From: Podarcis erhardii
Lineage: Eukaryota
Assembly (NCBI GenBank): GCA_964252035.1
Contig: OZ176210.1
Direction: 5' to 3' (one strand)
DNA length: 64,000 bases
Shown here in pieces: positions 40,627-53,501 of the stretch. The translations under genes and the position numbers were made by a program. The notes beneath the pieces are model-generated. The model worked only from the letters and a program-made list of their open reading frames with translations, was not told where the DNA came from and ran no database searches. Within the stretch, counting starts at the first letter, position 1, and the number at the start of each line of letters is the position of its first letter.

Positions 40627-40724
40627 GGATCAATAAATTTACAAAGAAGCTCCGAAGTCCATATGCAATCGATAACAATGAAGTACTTGATTTCCTTTCC
40701 AGAGTTCCTTCAGATGTGCAACTG
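40627..40724 (+). CDS. MCTP1: MCTP1 coding exon: (G)[32 protein letters not shown]
   Basis: atttag| acceptor, 98 nt in phase 1/0, |gtatgc donor; carries the conserved [10 protein letters not shown] motif. Confidence 0.97.
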
Positions 40725-40791
40725 GTATGCATTTGACTTTGATCTTAAACTCATTAATTACTATTATCAGGCAGTGTTAATTTTACGTGTA

Positions 40792-41017
40792 CAGTGGTAC
40801 CTCAGGTTACATACGCTTCAGGTTACAGACTCCACTAACCCAGAAATAGTGCTTCATGTTAAGAACTTTGCTTCAGGATGAGAACAGAAATTGTGCTCTG
40901 GCGGCGCAACGGCAGCAGGAGGCCCCATTAGCTAAAGTGGTGCTTCAGGTTAAGAACAGCTTCAGGTTAAGAATGGACATCTGGAACAAATTAAGTACTT
41001 AACCCGAGGTACCACTG
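40792..41017. mobile_element. Tc1/mariner-type MITE (second family)
   Basis: TIRs cagtggtacctcaggtta / taacccgaggtaccactg (17/18), TA flanks at 40790-91 and 41018-19. Confidence 0.9.
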
Positions 41018-41785
41018 TACTTGCACATGATGCTAAAGTTTCACATTTTGGCAATTTTTAATGTAATACGTTCAGTTACAGTTCTGGCAGACAGACAGAT
41101 AGACAGATATATAACAAGGAAGCATCTCAAAAGCTTCCATTCATTATTTATTGTCTATTGATTTTGTAATAGGCATAGGTTTCTTTTGCGGGGACTTTTT
41201 TTTAAAAAAAAAAATCTTAAAACTAGTTCTGCATTCCAAATGGGCCTATGTATATGTCACAGAGGCCTGCTGTTTGGGGGTGGCAGCGGCAAAGCATCCC
41301 ACTTGGCATGCCACTGTGCCAGATATAGAGACAATGTAGTGCCAGGCTGTTTTGCCAGACACTCCTCTCTTCAACCATGCATAGCCTGTGGTAGCAAACA
41401 GGAAGATGAAAGCAGAAGGTACCAGCTTATAAGCATGAGCAGACAACTTTGTCCAGTATTTCATAGCAGCAAGATGGTCATATGGAATTGTCGCCACCGT
41501 TCGCTGATGGTGGAAATTATTCTTGAACAGTTCGTTGCATGATGGGGACATTTTCAAAAATGTAAGGCTGCTGCACCCTCTGCACATAAAATCATATTTG
41601 CAGAAGTGTGTGTTGTCTGTTTATATAAAACATTTTCTTTGCTATGAATATTTCCATTAACTGAGGGTTGATTTTGAAACTGTTTAAAATAGCTGAAACA
41701 TCAGTAGAAAGACACCTGGATACCTGCAGTTTTAATGTTCCTGACAAGGTGGGCCACATTATTTTGAGAATGTCATTATACAACT

Positions 41786-41924
41786 GGGAGCTCTCTATTG
41801 GTATAGCAAGAGACTCTTAATTTCAGGGTCATAGGTTGGAGCCCCATGTTGGGCAAAAGGTTTTTCCACTGCAGGGGGTTGGATTAGATGACCCTTGTGG
41901 TCCCTTCAAACTCTACAATTCTGT
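41786..41924 (+). mobile_element. SINE with tRNA-Lys-like head and CR1-type tail
   Basis: Head gagactcttaatttcagggtcataggttggagccccatgttgggc resembles tRNA-Lys(CTT); followed by cagggggttggattagatgaccc...ctctacaattct. Confidence 0.75.
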
Positions 41925-42212
41925 AAAGAAGTTTATAAAGTAGGTACTGTTCATTTTTAAAGTCATATCCCGTGGGGGAGACTTCACTGAAGTTTCTGCC
42001 ACCATACTGCATTATTTCCTGGCATTATTTTCCTTGTGTTGCTTTTCCTCCTAGCAATACATAAAAGTATTTGACCTTTGGGGTGCAGGGCTCAAATAGC
42101 TTGTAGGTGTGATAGCAAGAATACTTCCTTACTCCTTTGCATGGATATATTTTTTTTAAATCTTGTGGTTGTGTTGAGTTGAAATTTCTCTCTTAACTTT
42201 GTGTTTAAACAG

Positions 42213-42284
42213 GTGCAGTACCAAGAACTGAAACATGATCCTACCCACAGTCCAAGTAAGAGGAAGAAAAACAACCCTGGCTAG
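42213..42284 (+). CDS. MCTP1: MCTP1 terminal coding exon: VQYQELKHDPTHSPSKRKKNNPG*
   Basis: aaacag| acceptor, 24 codons ending in TAG at 42282-42284. Confidence 0.96.
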   Translation: MQYQELKHDPTHSPSKRKKNNPG

Positions 42285-42735
42285 CCAAATCCGTGTGCTG
42301 AGGAGACCATCATCTGTTCAAGGGGAAAATAAAACTAAAAAGCTCTAGACCTAAGGAGCATTTCCTCTCTCTAAGCTTTATTTATTTTGCCTTTTATTCA
42401 TAATGGGAAAATTTATAAATACTGTACAAAGGGATTTATCAGTGAAATTGCACTTGAAGTTGGACAGAGTTATGACGAAGGCTTCAAATTTAGTTTAAGC
42501 TGAAGTTTTGTTGGAGTCCATTTATAGCATGAATGTGAAATGGTAAGTGATAGGCACACATGACTGGATAAGTAAAAGATACATTTTTAAACTCATGCTC
42601 TGGTTAATTTTTAAAAGCTAACTTAGGATTTATGCATGACCCATCCTTTTATCCAAAGAAGATTACTCTTTTTTATATTTTATACATTTTGCCAGAAGAA
42701 CAGAGCAAAGGTACTTGTGTGTTTCATCCAAAAGA

Positions 42736-42769
42736 AATAAAACTGTAATTAGACCCTGCTGCAAATAAA
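42736..42769 (+). terminator. Candidate proximal MCTP1 polyadenylation signals (AATAAA at 42736-42741 and 42764-42769)
   Basis: Two canonical hexamers about 450-480 nt after the stop in an AU-rich 3'UTR; actual usage unknown and the UTR may be longer. Confidence 0.4.
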
Positions 42770-44454
42770 CAAACTGACTAGGGCTTGCCTAAAAAGCAAG
42801 CTATATATACACTAAACGCAAATGTCTTACTGGCGCTCCAAAGATTTAAAAAAGTTCTTAACACTTTTATCATTCCACCACAAGACTTTGAAAAAAAATA
42901 TACCTGTATCTAAAATACTGCCAGGTTTATAACAGATTGCATCTTTAACTTTTTATATTGCCACTAATCTTGATTTGTACTTACTTAGCCTAGTGAAGAA
43001 CCTGCATATCGTTCAGTAGTGAAAGAAATATTATCAGATTAAAACCATATTGCTTCAGGTGTCAGGCTGTGAACACCTTTTGTGCACATATAGTATGTCA
43101 ATACTAAAATCTGTTTGCTTCCTAATCAAAAGGCCATTTTAAAAGGCTTTACAGCATAGCACTTGACCTAGTACTGTGGCAAATGAAAAAGAAACAATGT
43201 GGGCTGAATTTATATACCTGTTTTGTTTCTTCATTTGATTCACCTAATCAGTCCTCCTGATAGTTAAGTGCCCTGTTGCGTGGAAAGCATTTTTTAAATT
43301 GTGGCAGATGGGAATATGGTTTACATTTCAAAACATTGCCATTGCATAATGAGTGGCTAGGAATATATTCTTAAACTGTGACCAGTGGAGCTCTTGAGTT
43401 GAGTCTGTACACCTAAGGACCTTATCATGTGGTCCTTACAGAAAACCTGCAGTGGATGTCAAAAGGACCAATTAAGAACTAATGGATTTGTGCCCTCAGG
43501 GGGGAAAGAGATTCCACACTCTTCATTACAGAACATTCAGTCTGCGTGGTGGCTGCTTACCAGATTCTATTGCACTACTTACTGTTAAAATAGTCCTTTT
43601 TTTTGAGAGAGAAATATTCAATAGTATATGCACAGGAAAATGTATATACATTAATTTACATCTAAAGGTATTCTTAAACTACATTTCTCATGAAAGCTGA
43701 TTTTGAAAATTATTTTTATCTTAGAGATGTGTTGCTGTTTCTTACAAAAGAACTATTTTGAAATTGCCTATTTATACAACATGCTTGAAAGAATGCCAAA
43801 CAAGTTATGTATCTGCAGGGAAGACTTGACCCGAACATGTTCTGGTTATGTAGCCAGGTGATCATGACTTATTCAATATGCACATGTATGCAGGTTGTGT
43901 CTCTGTTTATTGCTGATGAACAAATATGCCATTAATGAAGTCAACCTATTGAATCGTCTGTATTAATGTTGATAATTTCTTTTAGTCTGGAATATTTTGT
44001 TCACAGTGAAAACCTGTTACATAATACATGAAGACTTTTCTCTTTATTTGTTCACTTACTATTATCTATCATTCTGTGGGCTTTTTTCCCCCCTGTACAA
44101 AATGCTGACCTAACTTATTTATGCCATTAAACTCATATGACAAACGATTGATTTACTGTGTGAAACATTATGGGATAAAGAAGAAAGAGTTCATATACTC
44201 CCCACTCTCCCATGTTCAGGGAGAGCAAATGTCCACAATTTGCATAACGGTATTGATGGGAAAGCATCTATAATGACCACTTTGGATTGGGGCCAACAAT
44301 TAAAAGTAATATTGGTGACTGCTTAGAGAAGTTATTTTCTCTCCTAGAGTTATAAATGCACTTGGAATTGCTGCCTTTGGATCTCCCAACACCCCATCTG
44401 AGCTCTTCACCTGCAGGGGGCTGTTGCCTTTTGGTTTCTGCAATGGTTAACCGG

Positions 44455-44523
44455 ATCATAGAACCATAGAAGAGTTGGAAGGGATCTAAGGATCATCTAG
44501 TCCAACCCCCTGCAATGCAGGGA
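44455..44523 (-). mobile_element. CR1-type/SINE 3' tail
   Basis: Reverse complement of tgcattgcagggggttggactagatgatcc...ttccaactct...tatgat. Confidence 0.75.
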
Positions 44524-44639
44524 TAACCCTAGGAAGCCCACAAGGATGACATAAAGACTACAGACCTCTCCTGCTGTATGTTCAGTGGCATGCTGAGTAC
44601 TGAGATTCCAATCAGCTACCGTTAATGGTCACTAGAGCT

Positions 44640-45000
44640 TATCACACATGAGTTTGTCTGATCCCCTTTTGAAGCCATCTAAACTCATGTCAGTACATTC
44701 TGTAAATGAATTGCATGGTGTGTGCAAAAGTGCCTTTTGTCTGTCCTGAATATACAGTTAATCAGTCAGTTTCATTGAATGATTCCAAGTCCTAATAATG
44801 GGAGGGATAAAACCTTGTCTCCTCATTTTCTTCAAAACATGCTTTTTTTATCAGCTTCATTCCTGTTCTCCATTTATTATATGGAAGTTCCATCCATCCA
44901 TGTAGTAATTTTGTTTTCCCTTTCTGTACTTTCCCAGGTCTTTTTAAGATGAGGTTACCAGAACTGCACATGGTATTCCAAATGTGGATCCATAAATTCA
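44640..45000 (-). mobile_element. Old CR1 LINE fragment
   Basis: Antisense CR1 ORF2/3' motifs (aagccatctaaa, ttttgtctgtcctgaat, gatgaggttaccagaactgcacatggtattccaaatgtgg). Confidence 0.65.
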
Positions 45001-47611
45001 TATAGAATTCAGGTGCATGCCAGATTCCTGCGTAATCATGAGACTCAGCAGTATCTTTTCATAGCACCAGGTAGAGTATCACAGCTGGAATTCAGCTGGT
45101 GAATGAGTAAATTAACCACGTTTTTCCTGCCTGAGAACATGCTTTGCCTTTCCACACATTTATCAAGGGTTACTGCTAAGTTTACAAGCTTAGAATCCAT
45201 GCAAGAGAGTTTGCATGAAATAATTAGTACCAAGTTCTTCATATTTCTGTTAGTGACTTGTCTGTAAGCTGTTGATGTTCTCCTTTGGAGAGGAAACTTC
45301 TTTGGGGAATAAGCCTGCCTTAAGCGTCAAGTGTTTCAAGATGCTCTGTGTGGTAAAATTAATTCTGGAGTGAGCATCTACACCTGTTAGTGTCCATATT
45401 TTGATAACTCACCTCAGGCATTTTTTAAAAAGGCATTTGCTTTCAGAAGCACATAAAGCTGCTTTGTAGTAGAACAACATTTGCTATAAACAATTTTAAA
45501 TCTATTGAGAGAGACAAAAGAAATTTGCAAAATGTTTAGGTTTTCTATCTACTGCTAAAATCCATTCATAGCTGTAATTTTCAAATATCACTTAGGGAGG
45601 AAAATGTTCATTTTTCACAGTAGATGTTTCATGAGTTACTGTTTGAAATGCAATAAGAGAGAGAGATGGAAATAGTATTTTGGGTGTTTGTGTTTTTCTT
45701 TAATCCAGTAGAGTGGAAATCAGGTCACACTTTCAAGTCACATTTTCCACAGTTTGGTCTGAAGCGATCCTTTGAGCCTGAGGTTTATGTACTTTTACTT
45801 GGAAGTATTTCCCATCAAGTTCAATAGAATTTTCATCCAAATAAGTGTATATAGGAGTACAGCCTTGATGTAGTCTTAAGTTTGCACGGCTTCAGACATG
45901 GGAGCTTTAAAGTGCAAGCAACTACAAAGTTCTGAGCTTGGTACCCTGAGCAGACCTACAAGTTGAAACAGTGAACAAAATGAAAAAGCAACCATTTTAA
46001 ACTAGCAACCAGGAATATTTGGCTAGGTCTGCAGTTTGTGGAATAGAGAGTGCACTCTGTTCAGAGAATTGACAGGAACCATGCCCGTCAGAGTGGCTGC
46101 AATCTGCTCCCTCTACTTATGGGAAGCAGAATAGGGAGGGGCACCTCATCATAGCATGACTCTTCCCATTGTTGCCATGCCACCCCTGTGCGGTTTTGCT
46201 AAGTGTTTTGTGATGTGTCAGATCAAGCTTTCCTCCACTTGCTTCCCTCCAGACGTTACGGACTATTTGTTTTATTTGCTGCTTTTTACTCCAGAGTGTC
46301 TCAAAACAAGTTATATTGTAGAAAGAACAAGGGACATTAAAACCTAATTTTAAAACAAGATAGAAAATACCTGTGTGTTATGTATGACATCGTACATACC
46401 ACACCACTTAAAAGGAGGGCACAAAGGGTCCACAGACATAACTGGTTACTCTCCCAATTAAAGACCAAGGGACTGAGTAAACAGAAATGCTTTGCCTGGT
46501 GCCTAAAAACAGACAACAATGGTGCCAGGTGCTCCACAAATAGGGGGGAAACAAAGAGGAGGAGAAGGAATGTGGCAATGAGTGTAGATCTGGCTGAGCA
46601 GGTGGTGAAACTCACCTCCTCCACTGATAGTCCCAGCTGCCACACCCAGCAAAGCCTCCAGCTGGGGCCTACTTCAAGCTGACAAGCCTGACAGGGCTGT
46701 CAATCAGTTCAGGGGGTGGGGTAATAGTGAAGCCAGTGTTTTCATACATTCCCAAGCAGGAGGGGGGGAAGGAGGAGGAACATAGCAGCAAGAATATCAG
46801 GGCTGGCTGGGTAGGTGGACCAACAAAGATTCCATTTCTCACTATTGCTGACTATTGGCTATGCTGGCTGGGGCTGATGCAGGCAAAATGTTGGGAGGGC
46901 ACCAGGCTGAGGAAGCCTTCATCAAACTATTCAAGGTTCTTGTGCACCTCCAGGTGGTGGTTGAAGGAGGAAGCTGCTAAATGTTTTAAGGTGATATGCA
47001 CTGCAAGTGGGCAGGTCTTGGCTTGCCATTAATGGATGGGTGCTTTGCAGCACATCTGAAACAGTGGCAGAATTGGGGACAGGGAAGAGAATTAAGCAGA
47101 AGTTCGAACTTTCTGAATAGCCGGTAGTCTCTTCCTGTCCCTTTTCTCTCTCACACACCACACGCTGTCTTGAGATTCCTGTAATGATTATGAACGTAAA
47201 CATAGTCTGTTAACTGATGGTTGCAAACAGAAATACTCATAATAAGGATGTTGTTGAGTATAGTATTAAAGCAGAGATGCTAAGAAAAGTTTTGAACAGT
47301 CAAGAAAAGCTGTACTCAGCTTGATCCTGCAAGCAGCGGCCCCTTTTCCTCAACCAAGAATGGGGAAAACTGGTGGAAAGCATTATTAAAGATTAATTTT
47401 TGAAGCAGATAGAAGAACCAGTCTAGCTGAAGCAGAATCAGCATGGCTTCTGCAAAGGCAATTCCTGCCTCATAAATGCATTTGTATTTTTTGAGGACAT
47501 ATGAATCAGAAATGGTGAACTGCGGGCTTCCCAATTTGGCTCTTGCAGTTGTTTTCCCCAGATCATGTCCACCTGCCCCATGCTTAATAGAGGCAGCTGG
47601 ATTGGGTGCTT

Positions 47612-49397
47612 TGTTTTTTGTTTTGTTTTTTAAATGTATTTTTATTAAAGATTTTCTTGATTTACAAAGGTATATGCAATGTCTCTCATTTTTTCCCCCT
47701 ACGTAACAATTTTTAAAACTTTTTTTTACAAATCAGTTTCATTTGTTGAGACATTAGGAAGAATAGGGGGAAAGAGGTGGAGGGGGGAAAATATGAGTGG
47801 GGGTGGGGTCAGGTGGTGATGTTTCTATTTTACTTAATATATGTGGGGTTTTGTGTCAGCGTTGCTTGTGTGGGTTCTCTGCTGTTCACTTGTATTCCTT
47901 TGGTGGTGAGAGAGGTTGGGGTTAGCCTAGGGTGTGGCTGTTCATTTGTGGTTGGCTGTGGTGATCTTTGTTTTCATGTGTGAGTGGGGTGGGTGGGTGT
48001 TTTGGATCAGGTTAGCCATATTGATTTGTATGCTGTTGAATGTATAACTTGCTGTTAAAATGGAATACACAAGACGAAATGGTTAAATCGGCTATGATAA
48101 AATGGGCACAGGACATTGGGCACAACATTATGTTTGAGGACTGGGAAAGGTTGTGGACCACTGGGCTGAACTTCACCGCATGTAATGCTCTGAAGGAAAA
48201 TGTAATGAAAATGATATATAGATGGTACATGACCCCAGTTAAACTTGCCAAAATATACCATTCGTCTGATAATAAATGTTGGAAATGTAAAGAAAATGAA
48301 GGAACATTCTTTCACCTCTGGTGGACATGTCCTAAGGTGAAGGTCTTCTGGGAAATGATATTTAAATGAAAAAGGTATTTAAGTATACCTTCACTAAGAA
48401 ACCAGAGGCCTTCCTTCTGGGTATTGTCGGCCAGAAGGTGTTAAAGAAGGACCGAACATTCTTTATGTATGCAACAACGGCAGCAAGGATACTCATCGCA
48501 AAAAACTGGAAAACTCAAGATCTACCCACACTGGAAGAGTGGCAGATGCAACTGATGGACTATATGCAACTGGCCGAGATGACTGGCAGAATCCGTGACC
48601 TGGGAGAAGAGAAGATGGAGGAAGACTGGGAGAAATTCAAGAAGTATCTACAAAAACATTGTAATTTGGTTGAATGTTAAGAAGGATGCTAGATTATAAA
48701 AAATTGGCCACCACTAAATTAGATTTGAAATTTGATGATAAGCGAGATTAAAGAAAATATAAAATTTTTTGGAAGAAGTGCTAGATCATATTTGAATGTG
48801 TGGACATGAGATTGTAAACAAGTTGATAATTTGTTTGGAAAAAACTTTTAACGATGTAAATGGGAGCGGGAGACGTGAGGGAGTCCAAAGAAGTGATGAA
48901 ATTATGTCTGTGATAGAAGTAAGATTGTTTATTATTTGTGTATTTATATTTAAAAACTTTAATAAATATTTTTTTTAAAAAAAAAAGATTTGTATGCTGT
49001 TGGTGGATTTTTGTCATTGTCTTGTTGGGCTGTGTATGTGATAAAGGGGAGCCATACCGGGGCAAAGGAGTCTTCTTCTATTTGTCTCCGTGTCAGTTTC
49101 AGTTTATTGGTTATTTTTTCTAGTAAGGCTGTTTCCCATACTATTTGGTACCATTGGTCAATGTTTATTCCTGACAGGTCTCTCCAGTGTCTGGTTCTGA
49201 TGTTTCTGGCTGCTGAGAGTAGGTGGGTTATGAGTTCTTTGTGGCGTAAGTGGGCATTTTTGTCTTGGAAGATGTTTAGTAGGGCCATTTCTGGGGTGAT
49301 TTCTAATACTTGCTTGGTTATTTTACATATTTCTCGTATGACTGTTGTCCAGAATAGTTGGATTTTGGGACACTCCCACTACATGTGGAGGTGGAAC
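47612..49397 (-). mobile_element. 5'-truncated L1 (host), split by a second L1 insertion; host segments 49397-49003 and 48022-47612
   Basis: ORF2 C-terminus HM*WECPKIQLFW...NPPTAYKS|IWLT*, 3'UTR and poly(A) (plus-strand T-run at 47612-47631); candidate 8-bp TSD gggtgctt (47604-11 and 49398-405). Confidence 0.85.
48039..48986 (+). mobile_element. 5'-truncated L1 inserted into the host L1 in opposite orientation
   Basis: ORF2 end with CCHC knuckle CWKCKENEGTFFHLWWTC (ORFs 48040..48369 and 48366..48680, one frameshift), 3'UTR with AATAAA and A-tail; exact 16-bp TSD gatttgtatgctgttg (48023-38 and 48987-49002). Confidence 0.93.
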
Positions 49398-49544
49398 GGG
49401 TGCTTGTTCAGCCAATACTTAGTGAAAGCAAAATTGCCACCCCCATCAGCTGCACAGGGAGTTCAATCCTCCTTGGCTTGTCTGCAAAATCATCAAATTT
49501 CAGAGGCAAAATTTGAGGCTTTTTCATTTGCAGAAAAACAAGAG

Positions 49545-49790
49545 GAGACATGATAGAGGCATAGAAAATTAAGCATGATGTGGAGAATTGGCTAGAGAAA
49601 AGTTTTTCTCCCTCCCTCATAACATTATAATTTGGGGGGTTCAATTAAGCTGAATATTGGTAGATCCAGGGCAGAATTAAACAAAGGATTTCTTCATGGT
49701 TAAACTATGGAATTAACTCCCACATGATGTAAAGCCATCTGTCTTATCCTTCATTAATTTGTCTATCAATGGCTACTGGCTCTGTTCTGT
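49545..49790 (+). mobile_element. Old CR1 LINE fragment
   Basis: gacatgatagagg...aaaattaagcatgatgtggagaa...agagaaaagtttttctccctcc resembles the CR1 ORF2 3' region. Confidence 0.6.
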
Positions 49791-50744
49791 CTCCACTGCT
49801 GCAGTGAAATAAGTCCCAACTTGGATTGTCATTTGAAGGAAAATGCTTTGGGGCTCAAGTTACACAAAATATATTCCTCTGCCTATTTTTGTAAGACCAT
49901 TCGTCCCGTGTGAAAGTGAGGGAGGGGGTAATTGGTTGCTTTCAAAGGATGGGCAAATTAAAAGTAATTATAATTTTACCTTTTTAAATACAAGATTGCT
50001 GAGGGTGGTTCTTTTCTTTCCCCCTCCTCTTTTAAAAACCTAATGAATGACAAACTTAATGCCACTTCGAGTAACTTTTCTGGGATGGAATGCCTCTGGG
50101 AATGGCACCTTGTCATGACACAGCATCATTCCCAGGAGCATTCTGGGAGGAAGGGGAAGAATGGCCACAATGTGGCCACAAGTTTATGCCACTGCTCTAG
50201 CGCAGCCATTAGATGCGGCAGCCATTATTTTGTGGATTACAAATGTGGGCAAAATGTAATTGTTCAAAAAACTAAACTAAAATTATTTTGTAGCAATCAC
50301 AAAGTCGCAATAGGGTATGCTCATTCCGTCATTTCTCTATTAAAACATAAAAGGTGCTGTAATTTTCGGGCAACAATCCAGGAGAGCCTCAGGAAATTCA
50401 AAGTCAAGCCTGAAAACCTGTTTGTAACCAATGTTGTTTTCCTTTTAAATTGGTTAATTCTGCATTCCTGAAACGTTGGAAATAGCCATCTGCACAAACA
50501 TCTGTTCTAAACCTCTCCTTTAACTATGCACTAGTGGTGAAATCACTACCACCACATCATGCAAGAACTTAAGAGGAAACGACCATTTAGTCCAGCCTCC
50601 TTTTCTCCCAAGGAACCACTAGTTGTCCACGACTGCCCCACAAGCAGGACATATGTGCAACAGCAGTCTCTCGTGCTTCCTGGCAACTGTTAAAATATAG
50701 TCATTGTAACTAGTAGCCATTATTAGGCTTATTAATCAAGAATT

Positions 50745-50965
50745 TGGCAACACCTTTTCAAAGCTGTTTAAGCTGGTGGTTATTATCACATCCTGGGTTT
50801 ATGAATTCCATTTTTTAACAATGCAGAATGCAAAGAAGTACTTCTGTTCTCCAACATTCTGCTTCTTTGGATTGTCCCATGTTCTAGAATTATGGCATCT
50901 AGAATCTAGTATTCTAGGAGATGGGGGAGAGAGAAATTTCTTTCTATCCTTTCTCCAAAACATGC
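50745..50965 (-). mobile_element. Old CR1 LINE fragment
   Basis: Antisense CR1 motifs (aagctggtgg..atcacatcctgg..gaattccat, aagaagtacttc, gagagaaatttctttctatcc). Confidence 0.6.
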
Positions 50966-51073
50966 AGACGTTGCTGGACCACAACTTTGACATCCCTGGC
51001 CAATGGCTATGCTGGCTGAGGCTGATGAGCGCTGGACTCCAACATCTGGAAGGCAGCCAGTTCCCATTCCTGA
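50962..51073. mobile_element. Degraded copy of the short palindromic hAT-type MITE family
   Basis: Core catccctggccaatggctatgctggctgaggctgatg...ccaacatctggaagg. Confidence 0.55.
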
Positions 51074-52848
51074 AGTAGTTCTTAATCACACTCCCATCAT
51101 GCTCCTGTATGTGAAGTCTCTCCCATCGATTTACATGACTGCAAACTGATTATTCATACATTTCCTTTCCTTTTCAGCATTGTAATTGCTGAAATACTGA
51201 TCTTGACTCCTATATTGTGTGGGTGCAACCTTCTCTTTGCAGAGGGCTATTGGGAAGCATCTCTTGGTTGGCTGGAGAAACAGGACATTAGACCTTTTCT
51301 CTGTCCTCCTCAATCTAGGCAGCTTTTCACTAACATCCTGGAAGCATTGCATACTAGAGCCAGCAGTCCCAAATAGCTAAAATGCCACCACATACTGTTG
51401 AAATTCATCTCCCATGAACCATTGTTAGGGATAATGGAGGCTTTCACTTAAGAATATGTTTAGAAAAACTGGAGCCATCACAGCAAGTATTAAATGGAAA
51501 AGCCATAAAATGAGATGAACACAGTCCATCTGGTTATAAAGCTTCTTTGGGGCTAGAATATATTTTTTGCTATGGACTCCGAAAGCATCATGATGTAGCC
51601 TGTCTTTGAAAGGATAGCAAACCTAAGAATGGTTGGAACTTCTTGTAGGCAAACAGGTCAGTAATAGTTCAAAGGCTTGCTTCCTACACCTACTTCAGCT
51701 TTTGCTGCAGTACCGCATACTTTCAAAAGCGGGCTTTTTTATGAATTTGCCAAGGGTAAAAAAAGTCTTAATTTAATAACAGGAGTGAACTCCCTATAAA
51801 TACATCCATGACAGAGCCTTTGATAAGTGTACTCAGTCATTTAATCTTATCAGTTCCCTCCCTTCTTTTTGTGCTGAGTCTGAAAAGGCACATCAGGGAA
51901 CAAGCAATTCTTCATGTTCCATGAACACTCCTAAAATCATAAGGGGTTGATAGAGGAGATAGACTACGTTATCATCAATCCACATGGTATCCATATGAAA
52001 AAAAATCCATCTTTAGCAGTTTAAGAGCCATTATAGATAGCATGTCCCCCACACAGAGAAGGTCTGCTTTGAAAAGGTTTAAACTAATGATAGGCTGACC
52101 ACATCAAACTGACACATCACATTTATTCTTCTCAGAGAGTTTAGCACATAACAGAGAAATTTTAGGACATTTCAGATAATGTAATAAGACCTCATTATAA
52201 AAAAGCACATAAGGATCAGAGTTGTTTCGGTAACATAGACTTACTGTGAAGCAGAAAATATAAGCTACTGTACAGATAAATGGGGAACTCAGCATGGTCA
52301 GAAATGTCACCAACAATTAAAACTTGAAAATAATACTTTAAACGCAGTGTGGTTTTAAGATGCTGATAAGCACTTGCTCACGTGAACATGGAAGAACTTT
52401 CAGTGGAGATACTGATTTAAAAAGCAAAATTTAGAGTATTATGATGTGGTTTATATTAACTAAAACTTTTTTTGTACCTACAGAGGGAAGTGTACTTTAA
52501 GCACTGTTAATAAATGAACTTTGGCAATTCATTTTTATGAATTGGGATGTTTTCTGCAATTTACTCTCTTGTGCAACCAGTCCTACGCATTAAAAATATT
52601 TAGTGTGGGACTGACATTTTTAGCAGAAATTGGTATTGAATCAGGTTTTTATAATACAAATTTTAGTGGACATCTTCAGATGTGACCATATATTAACATT
52701 GCTCTTGAAATGCTTGTGATGTTTTGAACAAGTAATGCTTAAGGAAATAGGCTTGAATCTTGAATGGTTGTATTTATGCCTCGCTCATATCATCTCTGTT
52801 CTGATGGTATTATAACACAAATTTGTATTTTTGGGGTTGTACTGTAGC

Positions 52849-52986
52849 AGGACTTCAGTTGGTTAGTGTGGTGCTGATAATAACAAGGTTGCAGGTTTGA
52901 TCCCCATATGGGACACTGGCATGTTCCTGCATTGCAGGTTAAATGAGATGATCCTCAACGTCCCTGCCAACTCTGTGATTTTATGA
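52849..52986 (+). mobile_element. SINE with tRNA-Ile-like head and CR1-type tail
   Basis: tcagttggttagtgtggtgctgataataacaaggttgcaggtttgatccccatatggg resembles tRNA-Ile; tail ttcctgcattgcagg...gatgatcctc...ccaactctgtgatt. Confidence 0.75.
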
Positions 52987-53501
52987 CTACTTCAGACCAA
53001 TGTCTCTAGGTACTGTAGAGTAATGGTAATAATTATTTGAATCACTGTATTATACAAATGTCCCAACATGTTAACAGCATGCTTCTGTGTTCTGAACAGT
53101 ACCTGTATGTAGCTCAGAGTCCCTGTAAGACCTGGCCCTCCTTATTGTTCTCTTAATTACATCACATCATTAGAATGGCTGACGTAACCTTACAATGCTT
53201 CTAACATCACTGCAGATTTGTATGGGCCAAACTTCATCAAAATGTCTGGATGGGGGTTTGGGGAAGGGATTAAAGTGTTTGGTTATACGATTTTGCAAGC
53301 AAAAGCAACAAACCATTGTGTAAGAAAGTTGTATATTTTATTACATGGATGTTTCAAAAGATACACTTCTTCTACTGGTAAAGTTTGTTTTGTTAAAATA
53401 AGGCCACTTTTTGCTTGCTCTGTTAGAATTGATTGTTGCTATGGTTAAGGCAGAAGGCTCACTGAACTATTCAAAATAATTTTTAAATAAGTTAATTATT
53501 T

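Noticed and set aside
41786-41870. Possible tRNA genes (also 52849-52915 and 53502-53565)
   Set aside because: Stems and A/B boxes are degenerate and each is fused to a CR1 tail, so these are SINE heads
46570-46644. tgtggca...tgccaca inverted repeat as a mini-LTR or MITE
   Set aside because: Only 7-bp arms, no TSD and no second copy in the window
50043-50471. 142-aa plus-strand ORF between the genes
   Set aside because: No domain similarity, no splice or promoter support, and sits among TE debris
49545-50965. Inverted CR1 pair as a dsRNA former
   Set aside because: Both copies are old and diverged, and lie in the intergenic gap with no evidence of transcription
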